Shown here piece by piece: positions 17,552 to 26,930 of a stretch of DNA of 37,363 nucleotides. A program made the translations under genes and the position numbers. This DNA is from Polyangiales bacterium. GTDB lineage: Bacteria > Myxococcota_A > Polyangia > Polyangiales > Ga0077539. Position 1 is the first letter of the stretch. The number at the start of each line of letters is the position of its first letter. The stretch spans positions 1 to 37,363 of the forward strand of contig JBILLI010000003.1 in assembly GCA_044376155.1 (NCBI GenBank), in the 5' to 3' direction. The notes beneath the pieces were generated by a model. The model saw nothing but the letters and a program-made list of their open reading frames with translations, searched no databases and was not told the origin of the DNA.

Positions 17552-18663
17552 CGCGCGCCCCCGGCGTGGCGGCGCAGCGCGGCGATCACCGCGTCGGCGT
17601 CGGCCTCGGTCATGCGCGGGTGCAGCGGCGCCGCGACCCCGCCGTCGACCACCGCGTCGGCCACGGGGAAGCTCCGCGCGGCGTTCACCGCGTGGGCCGC
17701 GAAGGCCGGGAGGCGGTGCAGCGCGTAGGAGAGGATCCCCGCTTCGACGCCGTCGGCCCGCAGCGCGGCGATCACCGCGTCACGCCGCGCGCGCAGGCCC
17801 GCGAGGTCCCCCGGCGAAGAATGGGGGATGGTGAATCCCAGGGTCTGGTGGTTCACCACGGCGCCCGCGGGCGCGCGCTGCCAGCGCAGGTCCACGGCCT
17901 CGCGCATGCGCGCCGCGAGCGCGACGCGGCGAGTGAGGATCTCGTCGAGCTTCTCGCACTGCGCCACCCCGACGGCCGCCTGGAGCTCGCTGAGCCGCGC
18001 GTTGGAGCCGGCCTCGACGAAGTCCCCCGGACCGCGGAGTCCGTGGTTGCGGAGCGTGCGCAGCCGGGTCGCGAAGGCCGCGTCGCGGGTGGTGACCATG
18101 CCGCCCTCGCCGGTGGTGATCACCTTGCGCGGGTGGAACGAGAAGGTGCCGAGGTCGCCGAGCACCCCGCACGCCACGCCGTGCAGCGAGGAGCCCAGCG
18201 CGCAGGCGGCGTCTTCGAGCACGGCGACACCAGGGCACGCCGCGCGCACCGCGGGGATGTCGGCGGGCACCCCGAACTGGTCGATGGCGATGACCGCGCG
18301 GGTGCGAGCGGTGCGCAGCGCGGGGAGGCGCGCGGGGTCGAGGTTCCAGGTGTGCGGGTCGATGTCGACGAGCACGGGCACGGCGCCGCGGAGCAGCACC
18401 GCGTGACCGGGAGAGGGCCACGACACCGCGGGCACGATGACCTCGTCGCCCGGGCCCACCCCGAGGGCCGCGAGGGCGAGCTCGAGGGCCACGGTGCCGT
18501 TGCTCACGGCCACGGCCTCGGGCGGAGGGTCACCGAGGCGACGCGCCACGGCGGCCTCGAAGGCGCGCACGCGCTCACCCTGCACGAGCATTCCGGAGTC
18601 GAGGGTCTCGCGCAGGGCGTCGGCCTCGCGCTGGTCGGTGTAGGGCTGCGCCAGTCGGATCAC
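17548..18663 (-). CDS. DegT/DnrJ/EryC1/StrS family PLP-dependent sugar aminotransferase
   Basis: AVSNGTVALEL, GDEVIVP, VLEDAACALGS, FSFHPRKVITTGEGGM (PLP Lys). Start GTG 18663 (VIRLAQP). Confidence 0.93.
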   Translation of the reverse strand: MIRLAQPYTDQREADALRETLDSGMLVQGERVRAFEAAVARRLGDPPPEAVAVSNGTVALELALAALGVGPGDEVIVPAVSWPSPGHAVLLRGAVPVLVDIDPHTWNLDPARLPALRTARTRAVIAIDQFGVPADIPAVRAACPGVAVLEDAACALGSSLHGVACGVLGDLGTFSFHPRKVITTGEGGMVTTRDAAFATRLRTLRNHGLRGPGDFVEAGSNARLSELQAAVGVAQCEKLDEILTRRVALAARMREAVDLRWQRAPAGAVVNHQTLGFTIPHSSPGDLAGLRARRDAVIAALRADGVEAGILSYALHRLPAFAAHAVNAARSFPVADAVVDGGVAAPLHPRMTEADADAVIAALRRHAGGAR

Positions 18664-18699
18664 AGCCGGGCATTGTACGGTAGAAGTGTCCCGCACCGC

Positions 18700-20370
18700 A
18701 TGGCTTCGACGACGCCCGACGCGCCCTCGCTCCGCCCGTACCAACGCGACGCGGTCTCTGCCGTGATCGCCGCGCGGCGGGAGGGTGTACGTCGCATGGT
18801 GGTGTGCCTGCCCACGGGCGCGGGCAAGACCGTGGTCTTCGCGCGCCTCGCGGGCCTCGCGCGGCGGGCGGTGGTGGTCCTCGCCCACCGCGAGGAGCTG
18901 TTGTCGCAGGCGCAGCAGAAGCTCCAGCGGGCGCTGGGCGACGAGGCCGCGGTGAGCGTCGAGCAGGGGTCCCGACGGGCCGACCCGGGCGCGCGGGTGG
19001 TGGTGTGCTCCGTGCGGTCGCTGCGGAGCGATCGCATCGCGCGGCTGCGGCGAGAGCGCGACGTGGGACTGGTGATCTACGACGAGTGCCACCACGCCGC
19101 GGCCGAGGACAACCTCCGGGTGCTGCGCGAGCTCGGCTGCTTCGAGCCCGACTGGGACGGCACCCTCGTGGGCTTCACCGCGACCACCGCCCGGGGCGAC
19201 GGCAAGGGGCTCGACCAGGTCTTCGAGCGCATCGTGTACGCCCGCACGCTGCCCGAGATGATCACCGACGGGTACCTCGCGCCGCTGCGAGGATTTCGCG
19301 TGCAGACCCGCGCCGACCTCACCCGCGTGAGCGCCGCGGGCCAGGACTTCGACGAGGTCGAGCTCGCCGAGGCGGTGGACATCGAGGAGCGCAACGCCCT
19401 CGTGGCGCGCACGATCCAAGAGCTCGCGCGCGACCGCCGGACCATCGCGTTCTGCGTGAACGTCGGGCACGCGCAGAACCTCCGCCGCGCCCTCGGCGCC
19501 CTGGGCGTGCGCGCGGCCACGGTGCACGGCGAAATGCCATCAGAGGCGCGCGCGAAGGTGCTGCGAGACTTCGCCGAGGGGCGGCTGCAGGTGGTGACCA
19601 ACGTGGCGGTGCTCACCGAGGGCTTCGACGACCCCGGGGTGTCGTGCGTGGCCATGGCGCGCCCGACGCGCTCGGCGGGCACGTATGCGCAGTGCGTGGG
19701 CCGGGGCACGCGCCTCGCGGAGGGCAAGCGCGACTGCCTGGTGCTGGATTTCGCGGATGTCTCCGAGCTCTCGCTGTGCTCGCTGCCGTCGCTCTTCGGG
19801 ATGCCCCGGGAGATGGACCTCGAGGGCGAGGACGTGCGCGAGGCGCTGGGGATCTTCGAGCGCATCGCGTTTGACCACCCCGCGTTCGAGGCCGAGGCCG
19901 GGGCCATCACCCTCGGGGAGATCCAGCGGCGCGCGGCGGCGTTTGACCCGCTCACCGCGGAGGTCCACGAGGACGTGCGGGCGATCTCTCGGAACGCGTG
20001 GTCCTCGCTGGGGCGGCACGGGCTGGCGCTGCACTTTGAGGGCGCGCCGGGGCGGGTGCACGAGGCGTTGTTGCGCCCCGTGGCGACGCGGGGCAAGCGC
20101 TGGGCGGTGAGCCTCGATGGCCGCGAGATGGCCCGCTTCTCGACCGTCGACGAGGCCGTCGACGCGGTGGACTTCGAGGTGCAGCGCCGCGGCCCCCACG
20201 CGGCGCGGTCAGCGCGGGCCGAGGCGACGTGGCGGCGCGCGACCTGCCCGACGGCGCGGGCCGAGGCGGTGACGGGGGTGCGACCGGGGCATCCCCCGCC
20301 GCGGAACCTCGGTGAGCTGCTGGCGCTGGAGGCGTGGGCGCTGGTGCTGCGTCCCCCGCGGGCGAAGTAG
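18700..20370 (+). CDS. DEAD/DEAH-box SF2 helicase, Irc3/RadD-like
   Basis: LRPYQ, LPTGAGKT, LAHREEL, DECHH, GFTAT, VLTEGFD, ARPTRS, QCVGRGTR, DCLVLDF. Start ATG 18700. Confidence 0.92.
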   Translation: MASTTPDAPSLRPYQRDAVSAVIAARREGVRRMVVCLPTGAGKTVVFARLAGLARRAVVVLAHREELLSQAQQKLQRALGDEAAVSVEQGSRRADPGARVVVCSVRSLRSDRIARLRRERDVGLVIYDECHHAAAEDNLRVLRELGCFEPDWDGTLVGFTATTARGDGKGLDQVFERIVYARTLPEMITDGYLAPLRGFRVQTRADLTRVSAAGQDFDEVELAEAVDIEERNALVARTIQELARDRRTIAFCVNVGHAQNLRRALGALGVRAATVHGEMPSEARAKVLRDFAEGRLQVVTNVAVLTEGFDDPGVSCVAMARPTRSAGTYAQCVGRGTRLAEGKRDCLVLDFADVSELSLCSLPSLFGMPREMDLEGEDVREALGIFERIAFDHPAFEAEAGAITLGEIQRRAAAFDPLTAEVHEDVRAISRNAWSSLGRHGLALHFEGAPGRVHEALLRPVATRGKRWAVSLDGREMARFSTVDEAVDAVDFEVQRRGPHAARSARAEATWRRATCPTARAEAVTGVRPGHPPPRNLGELLALEAWALVLRPPRAK

Positions 20371-20423
20371 CGACGGGGGCGCCGTGGAATAGCCGCGGCC
20401 CGGTGGGCTATGTTGCTCGGCCC

Positions 20424-22256
20424 ATGTCGTCACGCAGACTCTGCCTCGCCCTGTGCGCGTCGCTGCTCGCCGCCCGCTGCGCCTCTGCTCCGCGCGTCGA
20501 GCCGACGCCGGCCGTGGCCACCGCCCCGACGCCCCCGACGCCGCCGCCGGAGCCCGTCGCGGACCTCTCGCCCGTGCCCGCGCCGCCCGGCCTGCTCGCG
20601 ACGGTGCGCATCCCCGCGCCCCGGGCGATGGTGCGCCGCCTGTCGCAGCACTTCGGCATCGGGGAGCAGCTCGTGGGGCTGCTCGACGACTCGCTGCCCG
20701 AGGTCTTCAACCGCGACGAGGACCTCGCCCGCGCGGTGAACCTCGACGAGCCCATCGACATCGCGGTGATGCGCGGCGCGCGTGGTGAGCCAGAGGTGGC
20801 CGTGGCCTTCGGCGCGGGTCCTTATGGCGAGGTGGTCGGGCGGCTCTCCGAGGCGCACACGCTCACCGTCGAAGGCGTTGCGGCGCAAGGGGTTCGGCGC
20901 GTCGAGCGGCGGCAGGGGCGCACCATGCCGTGCGCCGTGGCGCGCAGCGGCGGGGGCGCGGGCACGGCGCGTCTGGTGTGCGCGGAGCGGTGGGAGCAGG
21001 TGACCCCCGCGCTGGAGTACCTCACGCGCACGCTGCCCGCGTCGCCCGTGAGCCGGGAGCAGGGCGAGGTGGTGGTGCAGGCGTCGTCCGAGACGCTCCG
21101 CGCGGCGCTGCGCGACGACGTGCGGCGGGCGTCGGATCGACTCGCGGCCGACTCGGTGCCTCGCCCCGATCCCAACCACGCGGAGTTCGAGGCGTCGGCC
21201 CGCACGTGGCTGCAGGAGGCCGTGGGGATGCTCCCGCAACTGCTCGACGACCTCGGCGCGGCCGGGGTGACGGTGACCCTCCCCGACGAGGGCCTGCGCG
21301 TCTCGGCGGAGGTCGACCTCGCGCGGGTGACCTCCCCGGTCGCGCGCCGCTGGCTCGACACCCTGGCGCACCCCGACGCGCGCACCGAGCTGCTCGCGCG
21401 GCTGCCCCCCGGCGCGATGCTGTACACCAGCGGCAGCGCGACGCTGGAGCCGCTGCGGGCGACGATGAACTTCGCCGCGATGGCGGCGTCGCGCTCGCTG
21501 GTGCCGGTGACGCGCATGCTCCCCACGGAGTCGACGGCGCTGCGCACCGCGGTGAGCGCGCTCTTCGCGCAGGAGCGCGCGGGCGGCGCGGCGGCGGTGG
21601 GCGTCGACGAGCAGGGGCGCTACTGGAACGTCTCGCTGCTGGAGCTCTCGACCCCGGGGATGCAGTTCGTAGCGAACGCGCGGGCGCTCGTGGCGGCCTT
21701 GCGTCGACCGCTGGTCGCGCGGGCGATTCGCGCGGACCACCAGATTGATCCGCTCCGCTGGCTGCTGCCCGTGGTGCCGGGGCTGCCCCGGGGCGCGATG
21801 CTGGTGCGCATCCCGCCGGGGCAGTTCCTTTGGAGCGGGCTGGTGCGCGACATCGCGGGGGACATGTCCCGGCAGCAGATGGAGGTGCTGCTGGTGCCCG
21901 ACGGCGCGCGGGTCTGGTACGTCGTCGCGCCCGACGCGGTGGCCCGCTACCGCGCCGCCGCGGCTGCGCACGATGCCCCGGTGACGGTGGCCTCGCCCGC
22001 GGGCGAAGACGTCGCCGTGGCCGCGCTGCTCCCCATCGCGGCGTCGCTGTTCTTTCCGGGCGACGTGCAGTTTCGCCGCAACCTCGCGGGGCTGCTGCAG
22101 CGCTCGCCGGACCACGGCGCCACCCCCCTCGCCGTGCGCCTCGGCCTCGGGCCGCAGGGCGACGGCGTGCGCGTGCGGGCGCGCGTCGACGTGCCCCGCA
22201 GCGTGCTGGGGATCGTGGGCCAGGTCATGAGCACCCTCCAGGGTGGACGGCCCTGA
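20424..22256 (+). CDS. Hypothetical exported protein, probable lipoprotein
   Basis: MSSRRLCLALCASLLAARC signal-like N-terminus (lipobox non-canonical), Pro-rich linker, strong GC3 bias. Confidence 0.7.
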   Translation: MSSRRLCLALCASLLAARCASAPRVEPTPAVATAPTPPTPPPEPVADLSPVPAPPGLLATVRIPAPRAMVRRLSQHFGIGEQLVGLLDDSLPEVFNRDEDLARAVNLDEPIDIAVMRGARGEPEVAVAFGAGPYGEVVGRLSEAHTLTVEGVAAQGVRRVERRQGRTMPCAVARSGGGAGTARLVCAERWEQVTPALEYLTRTLPASPVSREQGEVVVQASSETLRAALRDDVRRASDRLAADSVPRPDPNHAEFEASARTWLQEAVGMLPQLLDDLGAAGVTVTLPDEGLRVSAEVDLARVTSPVARRWLDTLAHPDARTELLARLPPGAMLYTSGSATLEPLRATMNFAAMAASRSLVPVTRMLPTESTALRTAVSALFAQERAGGAAAVGVDEQGRYWNVSLLELSTPGMQFVANARALVAALRRPLVARAIRADHQIDPLRWLLPVVPGLPRGAMLVRIPPGQFLWSGLVRDIAGDMSRQQMEVLLVPDGARVWYVVAPDAVARYRAAAAAHDAPVTVASPAGEDVAVAALLPIAASLFFPGDVQFRRNLAGLLQRSPDHGATPLAVRLGLGPQGDGVRVRARVDVPRSVLGIVGQVMSTLQGGRP

Positions 22257-22323
22257 GCGCTGCCTCGCCGCCTCGGCGCGGGACGGAGGTCACCACCCGC
22301 CGAGTGCGGTATGGTGTGGCGTG

Positions 22324-23223
22324 ATGCGCTGGAACCTCCTGCTGATGTCCGTGGCGGCTTCGTTGGGATGCGACAACACCCCGGCGACGCGCCCTCCGGC
22401 CCTGCCCCCGTGCACCACCTGTGAGGCCGCGGTGCGCGGGTCGGTGGGCTCAGGCGGCGGAGGCGGAGGCGGTGGCGGTGGTGGCGGAGGCTTCGACGGC
22501 GGCGGCCTCACCGACGGCGGCGGTGGCGCGGACGACGCCGCGTTGCGCTTCGAGGTGCGCCGCGGCACCGGCAGCAGCGCGCTCACGGGCAGCGTCCGCG
22601 TCGCGCAATCGCTGCCGATCACCGAGACCACCACCTACGTCGCGGCGAGCAACTGGCGGGTCGAGACCTTCGGCCCCGACTTCGCGGAGCAGACGCAGAC
22701 CGACAGCGCCGGGCAGTTCGCCCTCGTGCAGGCGAGCTACATCACCGTCAACGGCACCGGGCCGCTGCTGGGCGTGCGCATGACCCCGTCGCGCGCCGGC
22801 GCGCTCGGCTCCTTCGTGCTCCTGCCGCCGATCAGCGCGGTGGACCTCACGGCGCTGGACATCGACACGCTCCAGGTCGCGCTCTCGCCCGCCATGGGCA
22901 CCGTGATCAGCAGCCGTGGTCACCTCGTCGTGCAGGTGCAGAGCGCGTCGGCGCCCCGGGGGCCCGCGCGAGACACCCTGGTCTCGGTGGTCAACGACCC
23001 CTTCGCGCAGACCTACTACGACGGCCCGTCGGTGGGGCAGCTGGTGGTGAGCAGCACGGGCACCGGCGCCTACGGCTTCGCGGTGGTGCCGAACCTCGAG
23101 GCGCCGGTGGCGCCCGGCTACAACGTCGCGCGCATTCGACTCACCCGCGCAGGCCGCAGCGTGGACTTCGCCGCGCCCGTGTTCAGCGACACCGTGACCT
23201 GGGTCGCGCTCTCGCCTCCGTGA
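22324..23223 (+). CDS. Hypothetical lipoprotein with Gly-rich linker and beta-sandwich-like domains
   Basis: MRWNLLLMSVAASLGC lipobox, a 13-Gly run, and a TQTDSAGQF motif reminiscent of carboxypeptidase-regulatory-like domains. Confidence 0.75.
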   Translation: MRWNLLLMSVAASLGCDNTPATRPPALPPCTTCEAAVRGSVGSGGGGGGGGGGGGGFDGGGLTDGGGGADDAALRFEVRRGTGSSALTGSVRVAQSLPITETTTYVAASNWRVETFGPDFAEQTQTDSAGQFALVQASYITVNGTGPLLGVRMTPSRAGALGSFVLLPPISAVDLTALDIDTLQVALSPAMGTVISSRGHLVVQVQSASAPRGPARDTLVSVVNDPFAQTYYDGPSVGQLVVSSTGTGAYGFAVVPNLEAPVAPGYNVARIRLTRAGRSVDFAAPVFSDTVTWVALSPP

Positions 23224-25001
23224 GTGACGTCGGCTCGTCCCCGGCGCGCGGCGACGCGCTGCGCATCGCGGCCTTCGCGGCGCTGGTGCAGGGCGCGCAG
23301 CTTGTCGCGCTGCGCGGCGACCCGACGGTGCGCGGGCCGGTGATCGACGGGTGGACGTTTCACCTCGACGCCGCGCGCCTCGCCGCGGGCGGCCCCACGG
23401 GCGCGGGGCTCTACTGGCAGTCGCCGTGGTTCGTGTGGGTCCTCGCGGGGGTGTATCGGCTCGTCGGCGCAGACCCCGCGCGCGGCCTCGGGCTCACCGC
23501 CGGGTGCGCGGTGCTCTGCGCCGTGCTGGTGCACGCCCTCGCGGCGCGGTGCGGGCTCTCGCGGCGCGGCGCCCTCGCGGCGGGGGTCCTCGCGGCGCTC
23601 TACGGCCCGCTGTTGTTCTTCTCGGCGCAGCTCATCGCCGCGCCCCTCGACGCCGCGGCCGCGCTCCTCGCACTGCTCGCGGCGATGCGCACGGCGCCGG
23701 GCGATGGGCCGCGCCGTCACGTCCTCGCAGGCCTCGCGCTGGGCTTCGCGGCGGCGCAGCGGGGGACGGTGTGGCCCTTCGCGCTCTACGGCCTGGGCGC
23801 GCTCTGGCGCGCGCGGGCGGCCCTCGGCGCGCGGGCCGCGGGCGCGCGGGCGGCGGTGTTCCTCGCGGGCGCGGCGGCGGCGCAGCTGCCGGTGGCGCTG
23901 GGCAACCTCCGGCGCGCCGGGACCTTCACGACGCTCACCACCAACGCGGGGGTGAACCTCTGGATCGGCAACAACCCCGACCTCGCGCACACCACCGCCG
24001 TGCGCCCCGGCTGCGGCTGGGACTGGCTCACGCTCACCCCCATTCGTCACGGGGTGTTCAGCAGCGTGGGGCGCTCCCGTTGGTTCACCGCGGAGGCCCT
24101 GCGCTGGGCCCTGGAGCACCCCGGCGCCGCGCTGCTCGGCACGCTCAAGAAGATGTCGGACACGCTCAACGGCCTTGAGGTCGCGCGCAACCTCGACCCC
24201 TACGGGGACCTCGCGCGCACGCCCTTGAACGCCGCGCTGCTGGGCCGCGAGGGCCTGCGGGTGCCCTTCGGGCTCGTGCTGCCGCTGGCCGTGGTCGGCG
24301 CGTGGGCCCTTGCGAGAGAGGGGGATCGGCGACGCGAGGGGCGGGCGTTGATCGCCTTCGCGCTGTTGAACGCGCTCGGGGTCGCGCTCTTCTTGCCCGC
24401 GGGGCGCTACCGTCTGGGCCTCGCCCTGGCGCTGCTCCCGGCGGCGGTGCTCGGCGCGCAGCGGCTGGTCGCGGCCGCGCGGCGTGAGCGCGCGGCGCCC
24501 GTGGGGGTGCTGCTCGCGGCCCTGGGCGCGGCGGTCTTCGCGAACCTCGCGCCGCGCTTCACGGGGCCTGACCTCGCCCGCGCCGACGACGTGATCCGCG
24601 CCGAGGCGCTGCTCAACGCCCGCGCCGTGCCCGCCGCGCGCGCGGTGCTGGAGCGTTCGCTCGACGGCTCCCCGCGGGACATCGAGCGGTGGGAGCTCCT
24701 CGCCCGCGCGTGCGTCGTCGGCGGCGACCCCGCGTGCGCCGAGCGGGCGATGCTGCGCACGATCACCCTGGAGCCGCGCTGCTACGACGTCGCCGCGCGC
24801 CTCGGCGCTCTGCGACTGTCGCGGGGCGACGCGCGGGGGGCCATCGACGCGTTCGAGCGGAGCATTCGCGTCGTGCCGATGCAGCCGTCGACGTGGTTCG
24901 GCCTCGCGGCGGCGCGCGACGCGGCGAGGGACCCGGCCGGCGCGGCGCGCGCGCGCTCGGTGGGGGAGCGGCTGAGGGCGGCGATCACGCGCGCGCCCTG
25001 A
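23220..25001 (+). CDS. GT-C (ArnT/PMT-like) membrane glycosyltransferase with C-terminal TPRs
   Basis: Polytopic membrane domain with ID..TF, YWQSP, ALYGPLLFF, NAGVNLWIGNNP and GRYRL, followed by TPR-like helical repeats. GTGA overlap with the upstream gene. Confidence 0.8.
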   Translation: MSDVGSSPARGDALRIAAFAALVQGAQLVALRGDPTVRGPVIDGWTFHLDAARLAAGGPTGAGLYWQSPWFVWVLAGVYRLVGADPARGLGLTAGCAVLCAVLVHALAARCGLSRRGALAAGVLAALYGPLLFFSAQLIAAPLDAAAALLALLAAMRTAPGDGPRRHVLAGLALGFAAAQRGTVWPFALYGLGALWRARAALGARAAGARAAVFLAGAAAAQLPVALGNLRRAGTFTTLTTNAGVNLWIGNNPDLAHTTAVRPGCGWDWLTLTPIRHGVFSSVGRSRWFTAEALRWALEHPGAALLGTLKKMSDTLNGLEVARNLDPYGDLARTPLNAALLGREGLRVPFGLVLPLAVVGAWALAREGDRRREGRALIAFALLNALGVALFLPAGRYRLGLALALLPAAVLGAQRLVAAARRERAAPVGVLLAALGAAVFANLAPRFTGPDLARADDVIRAEALLNARAVPAARAVLERSLDGSPRDIERWELLARACVVGGDPACAERAMLRTITLEPRCYDVAARLGALRLSRGDARGAIDAFERSIRVVPMQPSTWFGLAAARDAARDPAGAARARSVGERLRAAITRAP

Positions 25002-25011
25002 CGCCGCGCGA

Positions 25012-25959
25012 TCAGCCCTGCGCGGCGAGACGTCGGCGAAAGTCGTCGATGGTGCGACCGAGGCCCTCGCGCAGCGGGACCTTCGGCGCGAATCCCAGGA
25101 GCGACCGGGCGCGCTCGATGTCGGGCTGACGCTGCCGCGGGTCATCTTGCGGCAGCGGCCTGTGGGTGACCCGGCTGGGTCCGCCGACGAGCGTGATCAC
25201 CTCCTCGGCGAGCTCGAGCATTGTGAACTCACCCGGGTTGCCGAGGTTCACCGGGCCGTCGAAGCTCGGGCGCGCCATCAGGGCGAGGAGCCCGTCGACG
25301 AGGTCGTCGACGTAGCAGAACGAGCGGGTCTGCCGGCCGTCGCCGTAGAGCGTGAGGTCTTCGCCGCGGAGCGCCTGGAGGATGAAGTTGCTCACCACCC
25401 GCCCGTCGCCGAAGGACATGCGCGGGCCGTAGGTGTTGAAGATCCGCGCGATGCGCACGTCGACGCGCTCCTGCCGGTGGTAGTCCACGGTCAGGGTCTC
25501 GGCGCAGCGCTTGCCCTCGTCGTAGCAGCTCCGCGGGCCGATGGGGTTCACGTTGCCCCAGTAGCCCTCGGTCTGCGGGTGCACCGTGGGGTCGCCGTAG
25601 ACCTCGCTGGTGCTCGCCTGCAGCAGCCGCGCGCGGGTCTCTCGGGCGAGCTCCAAGCAGTGCAGAATGCCCATCACGTTGGTGCGCACGGTCTTGATGG
25701 GGTTGAACTGGTAGTGCACGGGCGAGGCCGGGCACGCGAGGTTGAAGATCTCCTGCGCCTCGACGTGGAAGGGGAAGGTCACGTCGTGCCGCAGGAACTC
25801 GAAGTTCTCGCGGCCGCGGAGGTGGCTGACGTTGGCGCGGTCGCCCGTGAAGAGGTTGTCCATCGCGACGACGTCGTGGCCCGCCGCGATGAGCCGGTCG
25901 CAGAGGTGCGAGCCGATGAAGCCGCACCCGCCGGTGACGAGGACGCGTCGGCCGCTCAC
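25012..25959 (-). CDS. UDP-glucuronic acid decarboxylase (UDP-xylose synthase-like, extended SDR)
   Basis: [77 protein letters not shown]. Confidence 0.96.
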   Translation of the reverse strand: MSGRRVLVTGGCGFIGSHLCDRLIAAGHDVVAMDNLFTGDRANVSHLRGRENFEFLRHDVTFPFHVEAQEIFNLACPASPVHYQFNPIKTVRTNVMGILHCLELARETRARLLQASTSEVYGDPTVHPQTEGYWGNVNPIGPRSCYDEGKRCAETLTVDYHRQERVDVRIARIFNTYGPRMSFGDGRVVSNFILQALRGEDLTLYGDGRQTRSFCYVDDLVDGLLALMARPSFDGPVNLGNPGEFTMLELAEEVITLVGGPSRVTHRPLPQDDPRQRQPDIERARSLLGFAPKVPLREGLGRTIDDFRRRLAAQG

Positions 25960-26082
25960 GACCGCACCGCCGCGCCACGCGGGGCGCGCACAACGAGCAG
26001 GGAGGGTGAAGGGAACGGGTGCGAGAGAGGCTTCATGGGTGCACGCATTGTCTCACGAGCCGACGCGGCGGCGCCCGCGAGA

Positions 26083-26916
26083 TCACCAGTGCTCCCAGTG
26101 CCACGACTCGGTGGGCACGGTGCGGCGAAAGCCGTACGCCCGCGCGTGCCGGTCGAGCCAGCGGAGCACGCCGGGGGCCGACGTGTTGAGGTCGAGCGCG
26201 TGCCCGCTCTGGTGGTTGGAATTGCCCGGGATCGCCGCGAGGTTGCCCCGCCCCTGGCGGTACGCGCGGTAGAGCGCCTGCTGGTGCTCCATCGTGCGAA
26301 AGCCCGACACGATGCGCAGGTGCACCCCCGCGCGCGAGGCCGCCTCGCGCATGCGCAGGTAGGCCGAAGCGGTGTGTCGCTCGACCGGCTTGCCGTCGAT
26401 GCGGGTCACCTGGATCCGCACCGCGTGACCATGGATGTACCCCTGGGCCGCCCCCTCGGGCACGTCGTCGCTGGTCACCCTCGCGCGCGCCGCGCGGGGA
26501 GGCGCGGGGACCGCCGGCGCGGGGTCGACGCGGCCGGGCTCATGCGGGCGCGACGGGGGGGGTACCGCCGACGGCGCAGGCGCCGAGGCATCGACGTCGA
26601 CGGCCTCGTCGAGCACCTCGTCGCCGTGGACCTCGGGGTCGGCTTCGAGGTCGGGTGAAGAGGACTCGCCGAGGTCGGGCGCGGGCGCCGGGGCGACCAG
26701 CGCGGCGCTGGCGCTGGCGATGTGGCGCGGCGCGGCGGCCTGCGCCTCGGTGGCCTCCAGCACACCGATGAGACCGCCCGCGAGCATCGCGCCCATGGCG
26801 AGCCCGGTGAACGACGCGCCCACGATCCACCACGGCGACTGCCCCGGGTCGCGCGCAGGGGGCGCGGCCGGGGGCGTCGGCGGAGGGGTTTGCGGCTCGC
26901 TCGGGTCGGGCTCCAT
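26083..26916 (-). CDS. M15 family (VanY-like) D-alanyl-D-alanine carboxypeptidase/metallopeptidase
   Basis: VSGFRT, SNHQSGHALD (SxHxxGxAxD), ESWH. N-terminal TM segment and acidic/Pro linker. Start ATG 26916. Confidence 0.88.
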   Translation of the reverse strand: MEPDPSEPQTPPPTPPAAPPARDPGQSPWWIVGASFTGLAMGAMLAGGLIGVLEATEAQAAAPRHIASASAALVAPAPAPDLGESSSPDLEADPEVHGDEVLDEAVDVDASAPAPSAVPPPSRPHEPGRVDPAPAVPAPPRAARARVTSDDVPEGAAQGYIHGHAVRIQVTRIDGKPVERHTASAYLRMREAASRAGVHLRIVSGFRTMEHQQALYRAYRQGRGNLAAIPGNSNHQSGHALDLNTSAPGVLRWLDRHARAYGFRRTVPTESWHWEHW

Positions 26917-26930
26917 CCGCGGGTGGGACC

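Noticed and set aside
18700-20370. SF2 helicase as an anti-phage or restriction component
   Set aside because: No adjacent methylase, nuclease or defence-like partner, and no compositional anomaly. It fits a housekeeping Irc3/RadD-like helicase.
22453-22491. Poly-Gly GGN run as a possible phase-variation tract
   Set aside because: Mixed codons (ggc/gga/ggt) and in-frame; an ordinary flexible linker.
17548-25959. Possible arn (L-Ara4N) pathway from DegT, UDP-GlcA decarboxylase and ArnT-like GT
   Set aside because: The genes are scattered and differently oriented. No formyltransferase, ArnC or ArnD is present, and the decarboxylase is UXS-type.
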